DNA from: Diplonema japonicum
Lineage: Eukaryota > Protista > Euglenozoa: Diplonemea
Direction of reading: 5' to 3'
Length of the DNA stretch: 64,000 nucleotides
Assembly (NCBI GenBank): GCA_964019335.1
Contig: OZ025650.1
Span: 248,001 to 312,000 of the forward strand
Under the pieces are notes generated by a model. The model did no database searches, was not told the DNA's origin, and saw only the letters and a list, made by a program, of their open reading frames with translations. How positions within the stretch are numbered: position 1 is the first letter of the stretch; every line of letters starts with the position of its first letter. Positions 45,014-57,484 of the stretch are shown piece after piece. The translations under genes were made by a program, and so were the position numbers.

Positions 45014-45116
45014 GTTTCCCCAATTAAGTTGCCTTTGTAACAGATACAATATTTCGTTTCGTGGGTGTTTCAAAAAATAAAACAAAAACAAAAGAAGAGA
45101 GAGAATTTAGTTATTT

Positions 45117-48100
45117 TTAAAGCCCTCTATCCCACATTCTTGCGGGGGGTTCTCTGATGTCGTGAGGTATGCTGATCAGACCGGAAGGTCCTTCCACCTC
45201 AGCTATCCATCCCGGGTCGGTTTTAAAAGGCAGCGCTGTGGGTTGTGGCTGTCGAGGGGGTGGCGGCTGTGGTTTCTTCGGCTTGAAACGCCGTTTCTTT
45301 TGTTTGTTGGGGGAAGTCGCTCGTTGTTGCAATTTGCAGATAACGTGGCGGTGTGCGTGTGATGGGGGGCGGGAAACTGGCTGCGACCATCCCACCCGAC
45401 GGTCGACGCTATCCTCTTCCCCTACTCTGCGATGCTCGTGCACGGTCTCGTCTGCCAGTGCCTTCCACAACGGTGCGGCAGGTCGATATGAACAAGTATC
45501 AGTCTTTCTTGCGAATCCGAAACCCTGGCTTTTCGAAGTGTTCTTGAACACTTTTTTTTTCGCGGCAGAATCTTCACGCTTTTGGCGGAGTTTAAATCCT
45601 TCCCACTGTATGTCGTGCAACCACTCAAACACCAATCCGGAATCAATTTTGTTCAGATAGATTCGAAACATAGCCCAGCAGAACACCATGCGTGGCGGCA
45701 CGTATTTCTTTTTCTTCGCTGGCTCCGTCCATGTGAATTCTTGCGACGCTTTCCGACAGGGGAGGTACCCCCTCAAAGAAGAATGTCCAAGGAAGGGCGG
45801 TATCGACACCTCGTGACAATCCTTTGAAGGCGCCACAAGCAGCTGCAAATCGAAGTCATATCCTTCGCTTGAAGTTAAGTTGCCTCTGTTGTGCAAAGAA
45901 AGCACCCCAGCTGGCTGGATGAGGTTAGACCTCCACAAGGTGATGACGTGGTTACTACAAGACACAACATAGTCATTGTGGGGTATAACGGTAAGAAAAC
46001 TAATCAGGCCATTACACACTTGCGATGAAGCAAACAAGGAAAACTCTGCACCCCCTAACGGGCTTGCCTGGAGCTTGAAGGCGGTGATGGAACCCTTCTG
46101 GCACCCGGTGTAGATGATAGACAAGCTCTCATTATAGGTAACAGACGTGATTCTTGCCTGCAAGTATGCCTGAGTGGGACGTATGATGAGGTGACGGTGG
46201 CACCTGTTTGAGACCGCCCAAAAAGAGATGCATTCTTGTGAACAGCACACTGCCATGATAGGGGAGTTCTTCAAGGGGTAAGCACAGGTGATGAAGGTAG
46301 AACATTCGCCATCTACGCAGTTCACCTCGGTGATCATCTGTGAGACGTAACAGTACGTTGTGAAGCCATCCACTAGCACTGCTGAGACTGTGCTACCGAG
46401 TGCACCGTCTACCCAACCATTCACGCGGCATTTGCCTCCTCCCCGGTCCCGGATGGCATTTTGACGCCTTAGCAAGACGATCGCATTGCTCGAGTAATGC
46501 AGCACTGAGCAGAACCCTTCAGCATCACCCGTCACAATCCATGACTGCTGTGTATTGAATGTGATGTATATCGCCGGGGATGGTAGGGTGCAGCACTGCA
46601 TCATGCATCCCCACAGGACGTGTACTACCCGTAGCAGTCCCTTCGTCGTTGCCACGACATACCACCTCTTCATCGGGTTCACGTACACTGCTGTGATCTC
46701 CCCGAACTGCCCGTGGCAATGCGTTGCAATGAGCACGCCGCTCGTTGCGTGCCACACCCTCACGTTCCGGATCGACCATGATACGAGCACTCCCAACAAT
46801 GGGTGGAATTGTACACCCTTTGCGCCCTCCTGATGTGCCGTATCCTTCAGTGCCCTCGTCAACGGCTCAAACACTGATGGCATTGGCCCCAACCCCAGAA
46901 GTGTCCCGTCGGGCAGTTGCTGCAACCTAGTCAGTATGCCAGGCGCTTGTATCGTCTGTACGCACTCGTACCGCAGCGCGTCCCACACCTTGACAAGACC
47001 CCTCCCGTCTGCGGTGACCACATGATCGCCAGAATCAAGAACTGCCACCAGCGGACCACAATGAGGGCTTCTAGTGTCCCACAGCGTAAAAGGAGGGCAA
47101 ACTGCCACTGGGGACCATGCCTTCACTGTCCCGTTCACGCTAGCTGTTAGCACTATCTTCTGCCCATTGCACCACGTCAGGCCTGTGATAATCTCGCCTA
47201 CTTCGATAACCGTGCGCAGGGTGCCCTTGGTCACGTTGTACAATCGCACGACCCCATCGGCAGACCCGCTCAGAAGATGCGTCGAAGCGTCGCTTGTCTG
47301 CTTTGAATTCTCACATCTCTTGAGCCCACGCACGAAGACCATGTCAATGACCTTGTCATCATGCGCGTCGATGATGTGCCCCATAGCCGTCCCGCCAGGG
47401 CCCGCCTTTGCGAATGTTGATAGTTTCGGTGTATCAAATCCCTTGCTTAAGTCCCACAAGTAGATCTTCCCTGTGCGGTCAGCAGATGCAAGTAGATCGC
47501 CGGTGGCGTCGGTGCAAAGCTTGGAGTGTGCAGTGGTAGTTTGGATAAGGCCCTTGACGGTGTAGGTAAAAGGGGAGAGGACGCGGGGAGTGCTGTATTG
47601 CTGTTTGCCGACACCGGAGGAGAGGATGCGACGGCGCTCAAGGATGGCTGGGTGGACATAAGGACGGCGGCTGTCTTCTGTGGTGGGCGGGTTAGCGTCG
47701 TCGAAAACCACTAGTAGATTGAACCGGCTCGCGTCGTAAAAGGAGATCTTCAAGTCATGAGTGGAGATGGCGAGCAGCTTGTGCTTTTGAATGTAAAGAC
47801 AGGCCGCAACACACGTGTCAGGGACAGTAGCTTCCACCTCCCACGTGACAGGAGAGAGGACGGCAGTTGCCGTTTCGATCGAGGAGCTTGCCTTAACCGG
47901 CGCAGCAAGCCCCAACCCAGGACAGTACACCGCCTTCCCAAGATCAATGCCTTCAGGAGGCTCCTTAGGAGCAACAGTCAGTCTTTTACCTATATCACGT
48001 TCAGGGTCGTTCTGCAGGGTCATGTATGTCAAGCTGGCTGTGACCTCTGCCCACGTAGCCTCCCCCTTGTGCTCCACGTCAGACATGTCGAAGCAGAAGG

Positions 48101-48221
48101 CCATCTGCTCCCGCAGCCTTGCATCCAGCCCTGCAGTGGCTTCATAGAAGCGGTCTTTCTTCAGCACATTCCCTTCGAACACGTTTGCTATCTTCTCGAA
48201 GCTTTCTTCCAATTCTTCCAT
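45117..48221 (-). CDS. WD40-repeat protein with N-terminal EF-hand-like motif (WDR49/CFAP337-like)
   Basis: FDMSDVEHKGEATWAE, then WD repeats (GKIYLWD, GVVRLYN, GTVKAWS, GLVKVWD, NVRVWH). Start set at MEELEESF. Confidence 0.75.
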   Translation of the reverse strand: MEELEESFEKIANVFEGNVLKKDRFYEATAGLDARLREQMAFCFDMSDVEHKGEATWAEVTASLTYMTLQNDPERDIGKRLTVAPKEPPEGIDLGKAVYCPGLGLAAPVKASSSIETATAVLSPVTWEVEATVPDTCVAACLYIQKHKLLAISTHDLKISFYDASRFNLLVVFDDANPPTTEDSRRPYVHPAILERRRILSSGVGKQQYSTPRVLSPFTYTVKGLIQTTTAHSKLCTDATGDLLASADRTGKIYLWDLSKGFDTPKLSTFAKAGPGGTAMGHIIDAHDDKVIDMVFVRGLKRCENSKQTSDASTHLLSGSADGVVRLYNVTKGTLRTVIEVGEIITGLTWCNGQKIVLTASVNGTVKAWSPVAVCPPFTLWDTRSPHCGPLVAVLDSGDHVVTADGRGLVKVWDALRYECVQTIQAPGILTRLQQLPDGTLLGLGPMPSVFEPLTRALKDTAHQEGAKGVQFHPLLGVLVSWSIRNVRVWHATSGVLIATHCHGQFGEITAVYVNPMKRWYVVATTKGLLRVVHVLWGCMMQCCTLPSPAIYITFNTQQSWIVTGDAEGFCSVLHYSSNAIVLLRRQNAIRDRGGGKCRVNGWVDGALGSTVSAVLVDGFTTYCYVSQMITEVNCVDGECSTFITCAYPLKNSPIMAVCCSQECISFWAVSNRCHRHLIIRPTQAYLQARITSVTYNESLSIIYTGCQKGSITAFKLQASPLGGAEFSLFASSQVCNGLISFLTVIPHNDYVVSCSNHVITLWRSNLIQPAGVLSLHNRGNLTSSEGYDFDLQLLVAPSKDCHEVSIPPFLGHSSLRGYLPCRKASQEFTWTEPAKKKKYVPPRMVFCWAMFRIYLNKIDSGLVFEWLHDIQWEGFKLRQKREDSAAKKKVFKNTSKSQGFGFARKTDTCSYRPAAPLWKALADETVHEHRRVGEEDSVDRRVGWSQPVSRPPSHAHRHVICKLQQRATSPNKQKKRRFKPKKPQPPPPRQPQPTALPFKTDPGWIAEVEGPSGLISIPHDIREPPARMWDRGL

Positions 48222-49535
48222 GCTGTTTGGTCCATTTTCTTGTTTTTGCTCTTCCCTCTGGGCTATTGGTCGAAAGAGTGAACAAAAAACAAGGCGGCCA
48301 GCTACCCCCAATTTAAAAAAAAAAAAAAATAGATAAAACGAGTGCAAACAGTAAAGATAAAATGCAATAGAAACTTGGGGGAGGGGACAAAAAATATTTA
48401 AAAAAAAAAAGGAACAAAAAAAAAAAAAAAAGAGACCACCGTGTTGTAAATAAGTTTTTTTTTTACAACAAAATAAAAGACCCTTTTTTTTTAGCAAAAT
48501 CTGAAAATCTTTTCTTTGGACGTTAATTCTTTTTTTTTTTTTTAAATTATGATGATAGGTGTGATCTCAGCGGCGGCCCACTTACAGTTAAACAGCAACA
48601 AAAAAAAAAAAACAGCAGTACAGCAGTAGGGGGAGAAGAAAGTGTCGGTGTCGGCTCCAAAATGTACCATAAAGTACATGGGGGGGGGGGGGGGGGGTGC
48701 TTGTAGCCAGGCGACACGCTTAGTGAGCTTCTAACTACGATCTACGATACCCCCGTCCTCTGTGCTGGCCGCTTGGTAGCTGGCCGAGGTTGCCATGAAG
48801 GGGAAAAAAAAAAAATTCAACAAGGAAAAACTCAAGGTTCGCCATATGGCTGGCACAAACCTGGAGAAGTTTATAACCCGAAAAATAAGTTGTCGAGGTA
48901 AGTCGTCCCGTAAGAAGAAAACCAGCGGCATGCAACCATAGGAAGTATACAGTTGCTAGATACAGTCGTTCTGTTCACGTGAGATGCCTTAGCAGGTACT
49001 ACATTTGCAGTTGTTGTTTTGTGTTGGAAACGAAGAATCACGGTTTAAAGTCAACTTCTAATTTTCCATTTAAAAAAAAAATCGACTGACGAACAGAGCA
49101 TTTGGTTAAACCAATACAAAGGTCATAGTATTGTATTTTTTTTTGTTTTTGCTTTTATTTATTGTATTTTCTTTTGCTTCCCCCCCCCCTTTTTTTCTTT
49201 TCTTTTCCCCGTTCCCCTTTTTTGTCTCAGTCACTGCTCGTAAGAGGAAGAAAAGAGGAAGGAGGGGGGAAAAGGGAAAGAACCTAGCGTGATAGAAAAA
49301 AAGAGAGAGAAAAAAAAAAAAAAAAAAAAAAAAGCATGTTTAAGGGTAAATCCCACTTGAGGACCACCCTAAAAAAAGAAAAAGAAACCCTGTCAACTAC
49401 CAGTTAATTATGAAGAAATCGATTTTTTTTTTTTTTTTTAAAGTAGGACAAGTATTTGTTCCCACTTCAAAATAAAAAAATAAAAAAACCTCCCTTAGAG
49501 AAGATTGCCACTGCAGAAACAAACCTTTCTCGAGC

Positions 49536-49575
<40 letters not shown>

Positions 49576-51344
49576 ACATTTAAGGGTACCTGCGGTATGT
49601 GGCAGGACGCCTGAAGAAAAAAGAAGAGAAAAAAAAAAACTTTAAAAGAAAAGGGGAAGAAAGGGAATGGAAGAGGGGGAAAAACCCCTCCCTCCACCCT
49701 CTCTTCCTTACTTATACATTTTTCATTCATATCCACTATGCCCATCCATCGATACTTTTAATAGTTTCGCACAAAGGTAAGGAAAGAAAAAGAACAAATA
49801 GAAGAAATAGGGAGGAAAATAAAATATTAAACGACCAACTAGATCTTTGTAAGAGTCCAAACGGTTCCATGTGCTGCACCAAGGCAGGAATGACTTTTTT
49901 TCTTTCTTTTTTTTTTTCTTCCTATTTGTCTCCGACACCCTCAGAAAGAACAGAGGAATATACTTGAAAACCCGAACAAGAAAAGGAGAAAGAAAAAAAA
50001 AATTGGCTGCTGCGCGGTATCTTGAATATTAAGAGAAACTCTATCGATTCTTTCTTTTTTTTTTTTCTTTTTCGGTGTGCTGGTTGCCCACCGAGGAATC
50101 GAGAGGGGGGGGGGGGGGGGGTTCAAGCTACAGATGTGAATTGATTTCTTTTTTATCAAAAGGAAAAAAAATCCAAACTTTTAAACCGAAAAAAAAAGGA
50201 ATGATTGGTTAACGGGGAGAGGCATCAATCCTTTAATACCCGTGCATTTCTTCTTTCTCTCATTATAACAAAAGGCGCTTCCCCCCCCCCCCCCCCACTT
50301 CGCCACGTATTTTTTCACCCCGTAGGGGATGTAGCAAAATTCACCACTACAATATGGTTGCCCCCCCCCCCCCCCCCCCTCTTTTCTTTCTCTTTCTTTG
50401 GTTTGTTTGGTTTGCTTTGTGTGTCAAGAGGGGAAGGGGAGAGAAAAATAAAACAAATAATATAGGTATATTCAAGCGACCCAGACTAAATTTCTCGAGG
50501 GCATTTCAGGCCCATGGAAAATGGCAATGGCAAAAAAAAAAATTTTTTTTTTTGAAAAAAAAATACCACTTGAGGCCAAGAGATACCTTCTTCTATTTTT
50601 TTTTCTCTTTTTTTTGCCAATTTTTTGACCACAAGGAAAGAGGGATACCGAGGAAAGAGAATAAGAAGGGAGGGAAAAAAAAAAAGCTAATAGAGACTTA
50701 ACCCATAGAAAAAAAGAAGAAACTGACCAGGGGAAGGGAGGAGGGAGAAAAAATAATGAAAGCCATGACGCACCTCCTTGGAACGCATAGGTCAATGCAG
50801 ACCAGAGGACTTTCTAATTCGGCGCTAAAAATATTTAGCAGTAAGTGCATCCCTCCACAGTAATCTAGATTTCACGGAAGGGCACGCACGTCCTGATGTC
50901 CTGCACACAAGACATCCCGCTGACAGGACCTATTATAGATTTTATAATTCACTGCAATCGCCAAAAAAAGAAGAATCCCAGCAAACGGCGTTGGGGGGAA
51001 AAGGGAAATCACTATGATGGGAGGTATTAAAGCAATGCCTCACCAAACAATAGAAGAAACAAAAAAAAAAAATAAAAAGAGATGAAATAAAGGAGGTTCC
51101 TGTTTTGGAACGTCCCCCTTGTCTCTACGGGGGCGTTTTTTTTTTTTGTCCCTCCCACCCCACCCTCCTTGTTTGCAAGATTCTTCTTCTTCCTTTTTCT
51201 TGAAAGAAAAAATTCAAGTAGCGCTTGGCTTAGCTCGACGCGTCGCTGTGTAGGGGGGAGGGGGGGGGGGGGGGGGGGGGAGTTGTTTTGCAAAATAATT
51301 TTATTTCTTTTTTTTTTTCTCTTCTTTCTTCTTTCATATAACGT

Positions 51345-51776
51345 TCAGCCTTGAGATGAATCTGAAGAATAGCCTACGGAACATGAAGGAGAGTGTGCTG
51401 CGGGTAGCACTGGAAGATGGAGCACAGAAGACTGGTCAGGAGACAGTCCAGTACGAGGAACATGCTGCCTGCAGTGCGAGACTCTTGGTAGAACCGAGCT
51501 CCATTCCATGGGACGAGGTGCTGGGGGTTTCGGGGAGGCAGGTTGCTGCTGTCGCTTCTTCTTCTTCTGCCCCTTTGGTTTCTCTTCTTCCCTCTGTTCG
51601 CTTACTTTCCTTCGCGCGGGTAAGCCGAGCTCAGGCGGCCCCTTGAAACACTTATGCAGCTGTGGGAACGTAGGGCGTTCTACCGTCCCATCACTTTCAC
51701 TCCCACTACTTTCCCGCCTGTCATAGCCTGCCGTGGCCTGTCGTAGCCTTTTTTTTGACGAAGTTCTTTGGACCAT
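51345..51776 (-). CDS. Hypothetical low-complexity protein (143 aa)
   Basis: ATG ORF with coding-like GC content, on the cluster strand; no domain recognised. Confidence 0.5.
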   Translation of the reverse strand: MVQRTSSKKRLRQATAGYDRRESSGSESDGTVERPTFPQLHKCFKGPPELGLPARRKVSEQREEEKPKGQKKKKRQQQPASPKPPAPRPMEWSSVLPRVSHCRQHVPRTGLSPDQSSVLHLPVLPAAHSPSCSVGYSSDSSQG

Positions 51777-52290
51777 TTTTTTGTTTCCCCCTCCTTTTTA
51801 CCCTTCTTTTTCTATACAAAAATGACAAAACCACGAGAGGGGTCTCCTCCCTATAGTATGGCATGACCTATAGAACAAGCGTGCAAACTGACTTGCCACG
51901 CTGCACACTTAACGCCAAATAGTGTTGCAACCAAGTCCCATTTTCCCCCTTTTCCCCGCCACTCCAAAGAGTGCGCACATAAAAAAAAAAAAGAAAATAA
52001 TAAAAACCTTAACGTTGTAAAAGAAAAGAGAGAAACAAGAAAGAAAAAAACTCACCATGAGGGTGAGAAAGTGTCCAGCAACGACCCACCAAAAAAAAAA
52101 AGTGTAAAAAAAAAAAAAAAAAAAAAGAAGAAAAACCACTAAGAAAAATAAAAACTGACAAAAGCGTGTAACAATACTCATCTCGAGTGTAATCAAGCCT
52201 CCGTGGAGAAGAGGGAGTGAGGGGGGGGGGGGGGGGGGATTAACTGGAATAATAATAATAAATACTCTCCTTTCTTCGTAACTTTCCTTT

Positions 52291-53100
52291 TCAATCTCTT
52301 GAAACGTAGGACGTCATGCGCACTCCACAGCAGGCATCGATACCCGCAATGCTTGAGAAGACGTGTGCGACACTTTGGTACCAAGTAGTGGAAAGCGACC
52401 GGGAAGGTTCTTCAGGGAGCGTATCGGGGGATTTACTGCTTCCAGGTTTCTGTTTTTTGTTTTTGGTTCGAGGGTTGCTGCCCCACGAAGAGGGTTTGCT
52501 GAAGTCGATGGCCTTCGATTTTTTTTTCCGGTTGGTTTCAAGCGCCTTCTGACGGGCCTTTTCGCCTTCTTGCTCCCGCTCGATTTTGTCCCAAGCTTCG
52601 CGCTGCTTCTTCATGCTTCCAGCGATTTCATGACTCTTTTCATGTTTTACATGTTTCACTGTTTGCCTCGCCAGGAGTATTGCAGGCTTTTCACAGCACA
52701 GTTGCACACTGCCGTCCTCAGTTACATCCCAAAAGAAACCTTCTATGCATTTTCGCTGCCGTGTGACGAAGATAGACTCAATAACGAATTTACGAAGAAA
52801 TCTTCCACGACCATTCGACTCCCGCAAAGCTCTGTCCCCCTCATCTGCTGATGAAGACTCTTCGCTACTCCCTACTGGTGTTGTGTCCATCGTTGTGTCA
52901 CCACCTTCAGTGCACACAGACACATCCGGCAGCCAAACCTCAATGGTGTCGTTGTCAGCATATGTTACCCCTTCTTGTGCTACTAATGAATACTCATGAG
53001 TGATATCCCGCCACAAGCCTTCTTTTTTTATCCTTCTCGCTGTCTTAGGAAACTCCACCTCCATGCCCAGCCTTCGGAAGGTTTTCTTCACCTCGCACAT
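52291..53100 (-). CDS. Hypothetical protein (~269 aa)
   Basis: ATG at 53100 (MCEVKKTF) downstream of pyrimidine tracts; no domain recognised. Confidence 0.6.
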   Translation of the reverse strand: MCEVKKTFRRLGMEVEFPKTARRIKKEGLWRDITHEYSLVAQEGVTYADNDTIEVWLPDVSVCTEGGDTTMDTTPVGSSEESSSADEGDRALRESNGRGRFLRKFVIESIFVTRQRKCIEGFFWDVTEDGSVQLCCEKPAILLARQTVKHVKHEKSHEIAGSMKKQREAWDKIEREQEGEKARQKALETNRKKKSKAIDFSKPSSWGSNPRTKNKKQKPGSSKSPDTLPEEPSRSLSTTWYQSVAHVFSSIAGIDACCGVRMTSYVSRD

Positions 53101-53284
53101 CGTAGGGGGGTGCAATGAGAAAAACCTGAGATGGGGTTTGGACAAACAACAATGTGGGGGGGGGGGGGGGGGGAGGGGGGGGTAAACGTAAATAAAAAAG
53201 AAGGAAAGCTCTTCATTTTGTTTTATTTCTTTCAATTTTTTTTTTCTAAGCGAATAGACTATAATAACTAGAAAAACAAGAAGG

Positions 53285-53320
<36 letters not shown>

Positions 53321-53322
53321 AT

Positions 53323-55265
53323 CTATCTAAAACCCCTCTTAGTCCTGTTCTCCATTGTCGCAGGTGCGATCTGCATGAGCTCGTCACGAAGGGAAGGCGC
53401 ACCTTGCCCAACGTCTCTATCGGTGTATGTAGGGGAGGCGGTGTGATAGGGATAGCCTCCGGAGGGTGCAGTGAGAGGAGATGGAGAGGCATCCACAGGG
53501 ATGTTGAAAGTGACCCGTGAAGGATCACTAACAGGGGCTGTGAGGCTGGACCTGCTGGGCAGAGACGAGAGGCCTGTAACAGGCCGCATCTTGACCCCCA
53601 CGGGCGGGGATGGAACAGAGACACTGGGCTGGGCCACAGGCCGACCGGGACTCACGCCTTCGTCAAGAAAATCGCCTAACAACGCTTGGATCTTTCTGTC
53701 AGCCCGTCCGGTGTCCACCTTCGGAGGGGAAGGACTCCTCTGACGCAAGTACTCATTCGCATCAATCGGCCCAGCACTGTACCCACTCGACCCGGGCACT
53801 GCCGTTCCTGTTGATTGTTGAGTAATAAAGGCGCTCCCTTACCCGCAAACCCATACCTCGCAGAGACTCTGGATGCTCGTCATCAATTACAGGGTCGTAG
53901 GCAAGGATCGAAGCATCGCCATACTTCTGCGCCATAAGGCTGAGGAGCTCCCTCTCCTTCCCATCGTACTCATCCACTAGAGTTTCCACAAGACCAACCT
54001 TGGCCGGGTTGTGGCGTTGGTAGTACCTGTTTATTATTGTTTGGTTTCTCCTCCTTTCTATACCTCATCACGATCTCCCTCAACCTTTCCTTCTTGGGGT
54101 TCCCCGCAGGGGGGGGCAGCGCCGTGTAAGTGTTATGTCTATCAGGCGGGATGGGTACTGTGTCGACACCTGCTGCAGGGTTGAAGGCAGAGACTTTTTT
54201 GTTGATATTGTTGTTCCAGTACTTCGACTCGACCTTGTTAGAGATTGCCTTCTCAACAAGGCCTGTCAGTTGGCCGTTGCTCGTCAGGCAGTTTTCGAAA
54301 TCAGACCCGAGCTGGTTGATCTCTGCTTTCGTCTGCCGGATTTCGCCTTCCATCCACTTTGTCCACGATGCTTGCTGCTCGGCGAGTTGGGTAAGTTCTT
54401 CACCGTCATCTCGCGTTCGGGAAAGGCTCGCATTGATGGAGGCCAGCGCGGCTTTCAAATCGTTTGCTTCGTTTTCGAGAATTTTCTTCTCCCCTTCAAG
54501 AACGGACCTCTGTGCTTCCAAAGCGTTGTCCAGCTCCCTTTCCATGTCGGTTGTGAGCATTTTTTTCTTCATCAAATCATCAGGGATGTTCATTGCAAAG
54601 GGCTTCCCGCACGACGGGCACATCGTGGCACTCGACAGCGGTCTGTTCCGAATACCCGGTGTGGGCTTGACTGGCCTTGCCTTCCATGACAACGCAGATA
54701 TTTTTAAATGCTGCAAAGGAAGCTGCCCTGAGACCTGAACCTCATTGTACCGTGGGATGTCCGCTGTAGTCGTCCCCACACCTGTTTCAACCCCTGCGGT
54801 GGGGTGCGATGTGATCCCTGGAGGGGGCTCGTCCGGGAGAGGCCCAAGGGGGTCATCTTCCAATGTTTTGAGCCCGCTGAAATATTTCTCGTCCTGCAGC
54901 GTCATTTTCCTTAGAAACAAGTGGCGGTTGTTGAAGAAAATCGGTTCCTCCGCGATGCTCCCCCACGGGATCGGGTTGGACCCCGCGACCTCCTTGTAAT
55001 CCAGATCCTGCTCCGCAGGCTTCTCTGCAGCTAGCAGCACATATGAAGTCTTAAACTCTTCAGGTGTGATACCCGGGTCTTTGAACTTCCTCGTCTCCAA
55101 CGCCTTCAACAGCTCGGGAATCGATGCCTCCAGCTCCACATCATTCGTTATTGCCCATACTATGTTATCATTGCCCTCCGTCACCGGTGGCTCCGTGTGG
55201 ATGTCGATATGCATGGTGGACCTTGTCCTCTGGCCCTGGATATATTGTTCGTGAACAACTGGCAA
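53323..55265 (-). CDS. Hypothetical coiled-coil protein with a YxxxNPxK...KYG helical motif; introns 53808-53856, 54027-54063
   Basis: Splicing gives REIVMR|YYQRHNPAKVGLVETLVDEYDGKERELLSLMAQKYG and SLRG|TAVPGSSG, joining three ORFs in frame. Confidence 0.7.
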
Positions 55266-55335
55266 TGTGGGATAAGGGGTATGATATCAAAGAATGGAAA
55301 CGGAAGGATGAAAAAAATGATATGGTTGAATGTTA

Positions 55336-57357
55336 TCACAATCCTCGGGACTTTTTGTACTCGATGAAGGGCTGGAGGTTAGAGGTGACCATCTCGAGGC
55401 GGGGCGCCACGTTGTCGTTGACCGGGGCGTTGGTGCTGCGGAGGATGCTGAGTTTGTTGTCCAAAAAGGTTGTGAAAGTCTCAATGTTGCGCGTCATATT
55501 CAGCTTTTTCATGACGTCGTCCCACTGGTCGTCGCTGAAAATGTCGATGATGGCGATCATGGCCTCGACGTTGACCTCGAGGGACGCCTCCCTCAGGCAG
55601 TCCATCGAAAGCTGCCCACACAGTGAAACGATTTCTGCGTTCGGTCCCTTGTCATCTTCCAGTTTCTGTGCAGCCTCTGATATAAACCGTAACACGCTGA
55701 GCACTAAGCCTTCCGACTGCTCGACCTTTCTGTTGAGCCTCCTCTGACCCACGAACTGAACCAGCGACGAGATGAAGCTGACATCGATTTGGCATGACGT
55801 GTCCTTGCGAAGGACCGTCCACAGACACTGGCAGAGGTTTTCCAGACGGGCAAGCATCTTCTGCTCAAGCCGTGCTTCACCCTTTCCTGTTATCCTTGTC
55901 AAGATCGCTGCATCGCGTGCGAAGACGGACTGGAGAGACTTCCACAGGGCATCTGGGCTTCCGATCATGCTGAGCGGCATTACCATCACCAAGTTCATGA
56001 GCAGCACGATCACCGCTGACTCTACGTCGCTGAACTCGTCCTGCAAGTCGTCCACTGCCGTGCGGGTCGGGTCCCGCAATGCGATCTCGCACTCCTCTGA
56101 AGGGCACGGTGCCAGGAACTCCGCTGCCTTCGCGCCAATAACCTCGCCGAACTTCATCCCTATCAGTGCACTCCCGACCTGCGTGCTTCGGAAGATCTCC
56201 TGAATAAATGATTTTTTAAAAACGAAGCCCCTGTGCACACCTCGTCGTCTTCCTGGTCGTTAGCCGCCTCGCTGCTGCACACGACGTTCACGCACAATTC
56301 CAGCGATGTCTTCACACACCTGATTTGTGTCAGGAGTTTAGCACTCTCTTCGTCCTGCAAAGGAAAATGACTTCAACACGTAAACACACCTTAAGCTTTT
56401 GTTGCTCCTTGCTACTCAAGGGAAGGATCTTCTCATAAGCCGCTTGAGGGGACAAAGATGAAATGCAGTTTGTGACGATTTCGAGGAGCTGTGATTTATG
56501 AGTGAAAAACGCTGGCATACCCTCGGGAGGGAGGTGGGGTTGAGCTGCCACATGACGCCTGCCAGGGTGACCTGAGTGAGGACCTGGTTGGGGGTCATGG
56601 GCTTGGCGTTGAGGGTTTGTTGGAGGAGCGTGTGGTGGTCGGGGGATATTTTAGAGGTAATAGTCTGGAGGGCGGCAGAGTTGTCCTCGCAGAGGACGAG
56701 GAGAAGCTCCGACGATGCGGTGGAGAGTGTGTGCGTGTTGGACTCGACCTGCGAGATCTGGGTGCACTGGATGAGCGACGCGAGGAGCTCTGTATCATGA
56801 CTGAAGTTGTTGACGACGTTCTCGGAGAAGTAGCACACTGCACTGAGGAGGTGGATGAAGGCAATCATGGTGTCACTCACCATGTCCAAGGTGTCCGCGT
56901 CGTCATCGGTGGGAGGACCTTCCACCTTCTTCTCCCCTTTCTCTTCTTGCGTTGCGGTCGCCGCCATCATGGTCTGCAGCTTCCCAAGAATAGTATTGTA
57001 AAATCCTTTGAGCTGGTCAGCACTGCAAACTGTCAGACACTTGTCCGTGGCCTCTGTTTCTCCCGATAACACAAGGTTCTCTAATGCCCGCACAGAAGCA
57101 AGCCTCACAGACGGGGACTCATCTCCAAACAACCCAACAAGCGTTTCACACGTCCTGCACGCCAGCAACGGTGCCACAGCCTCGCTCTCCAAGGCAAGTG
57201 CGGCCACGTCGTTGCACCCTTGCCACCTCTCTGTTTTTTCTTTATGACTCAATTTCTTCACCGCCGGTACGGTCCTCACCTTGGCCGGCTGCTGCTCTTG
57301 CTTTGGTGCACCGCCTTCTCCTTGCTGCTTCTTCAGAGATTTCTTTAACTTCGGCAT
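55336..57357 (-). CDS. HEAT/ARM-repeat protein, HEATR3/Syo1-like; introns 56200-56240, 56355-56389, 56489-56520
   Basis: Basic N-terminus MPKLKK, ER..GC..VA, VRLASVRALENL, LLVLCEDN, acidic linker, C-terminal IIDIFSDD...NLQPFIEYK. Confidence 0.7.
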
Positions 57358-57484
57358 TGTTTTGTAATGTCCCTGGCTTCCATCATATACACAGTAAGAC
57401 AAAGTCCAAAGAGGGGGGGGAAACATGTCATACACAAGTGAAAAAAGAATTGAAAAAAACGAAATCAGAAGACCTCGATGGTAA

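Noticed and set aside
48880-48910. ACTTACCT on the minus strand resembling the U1 snRNA 5' end
   Set aside because: No U1 stem-loops or convincing Sm site follow.
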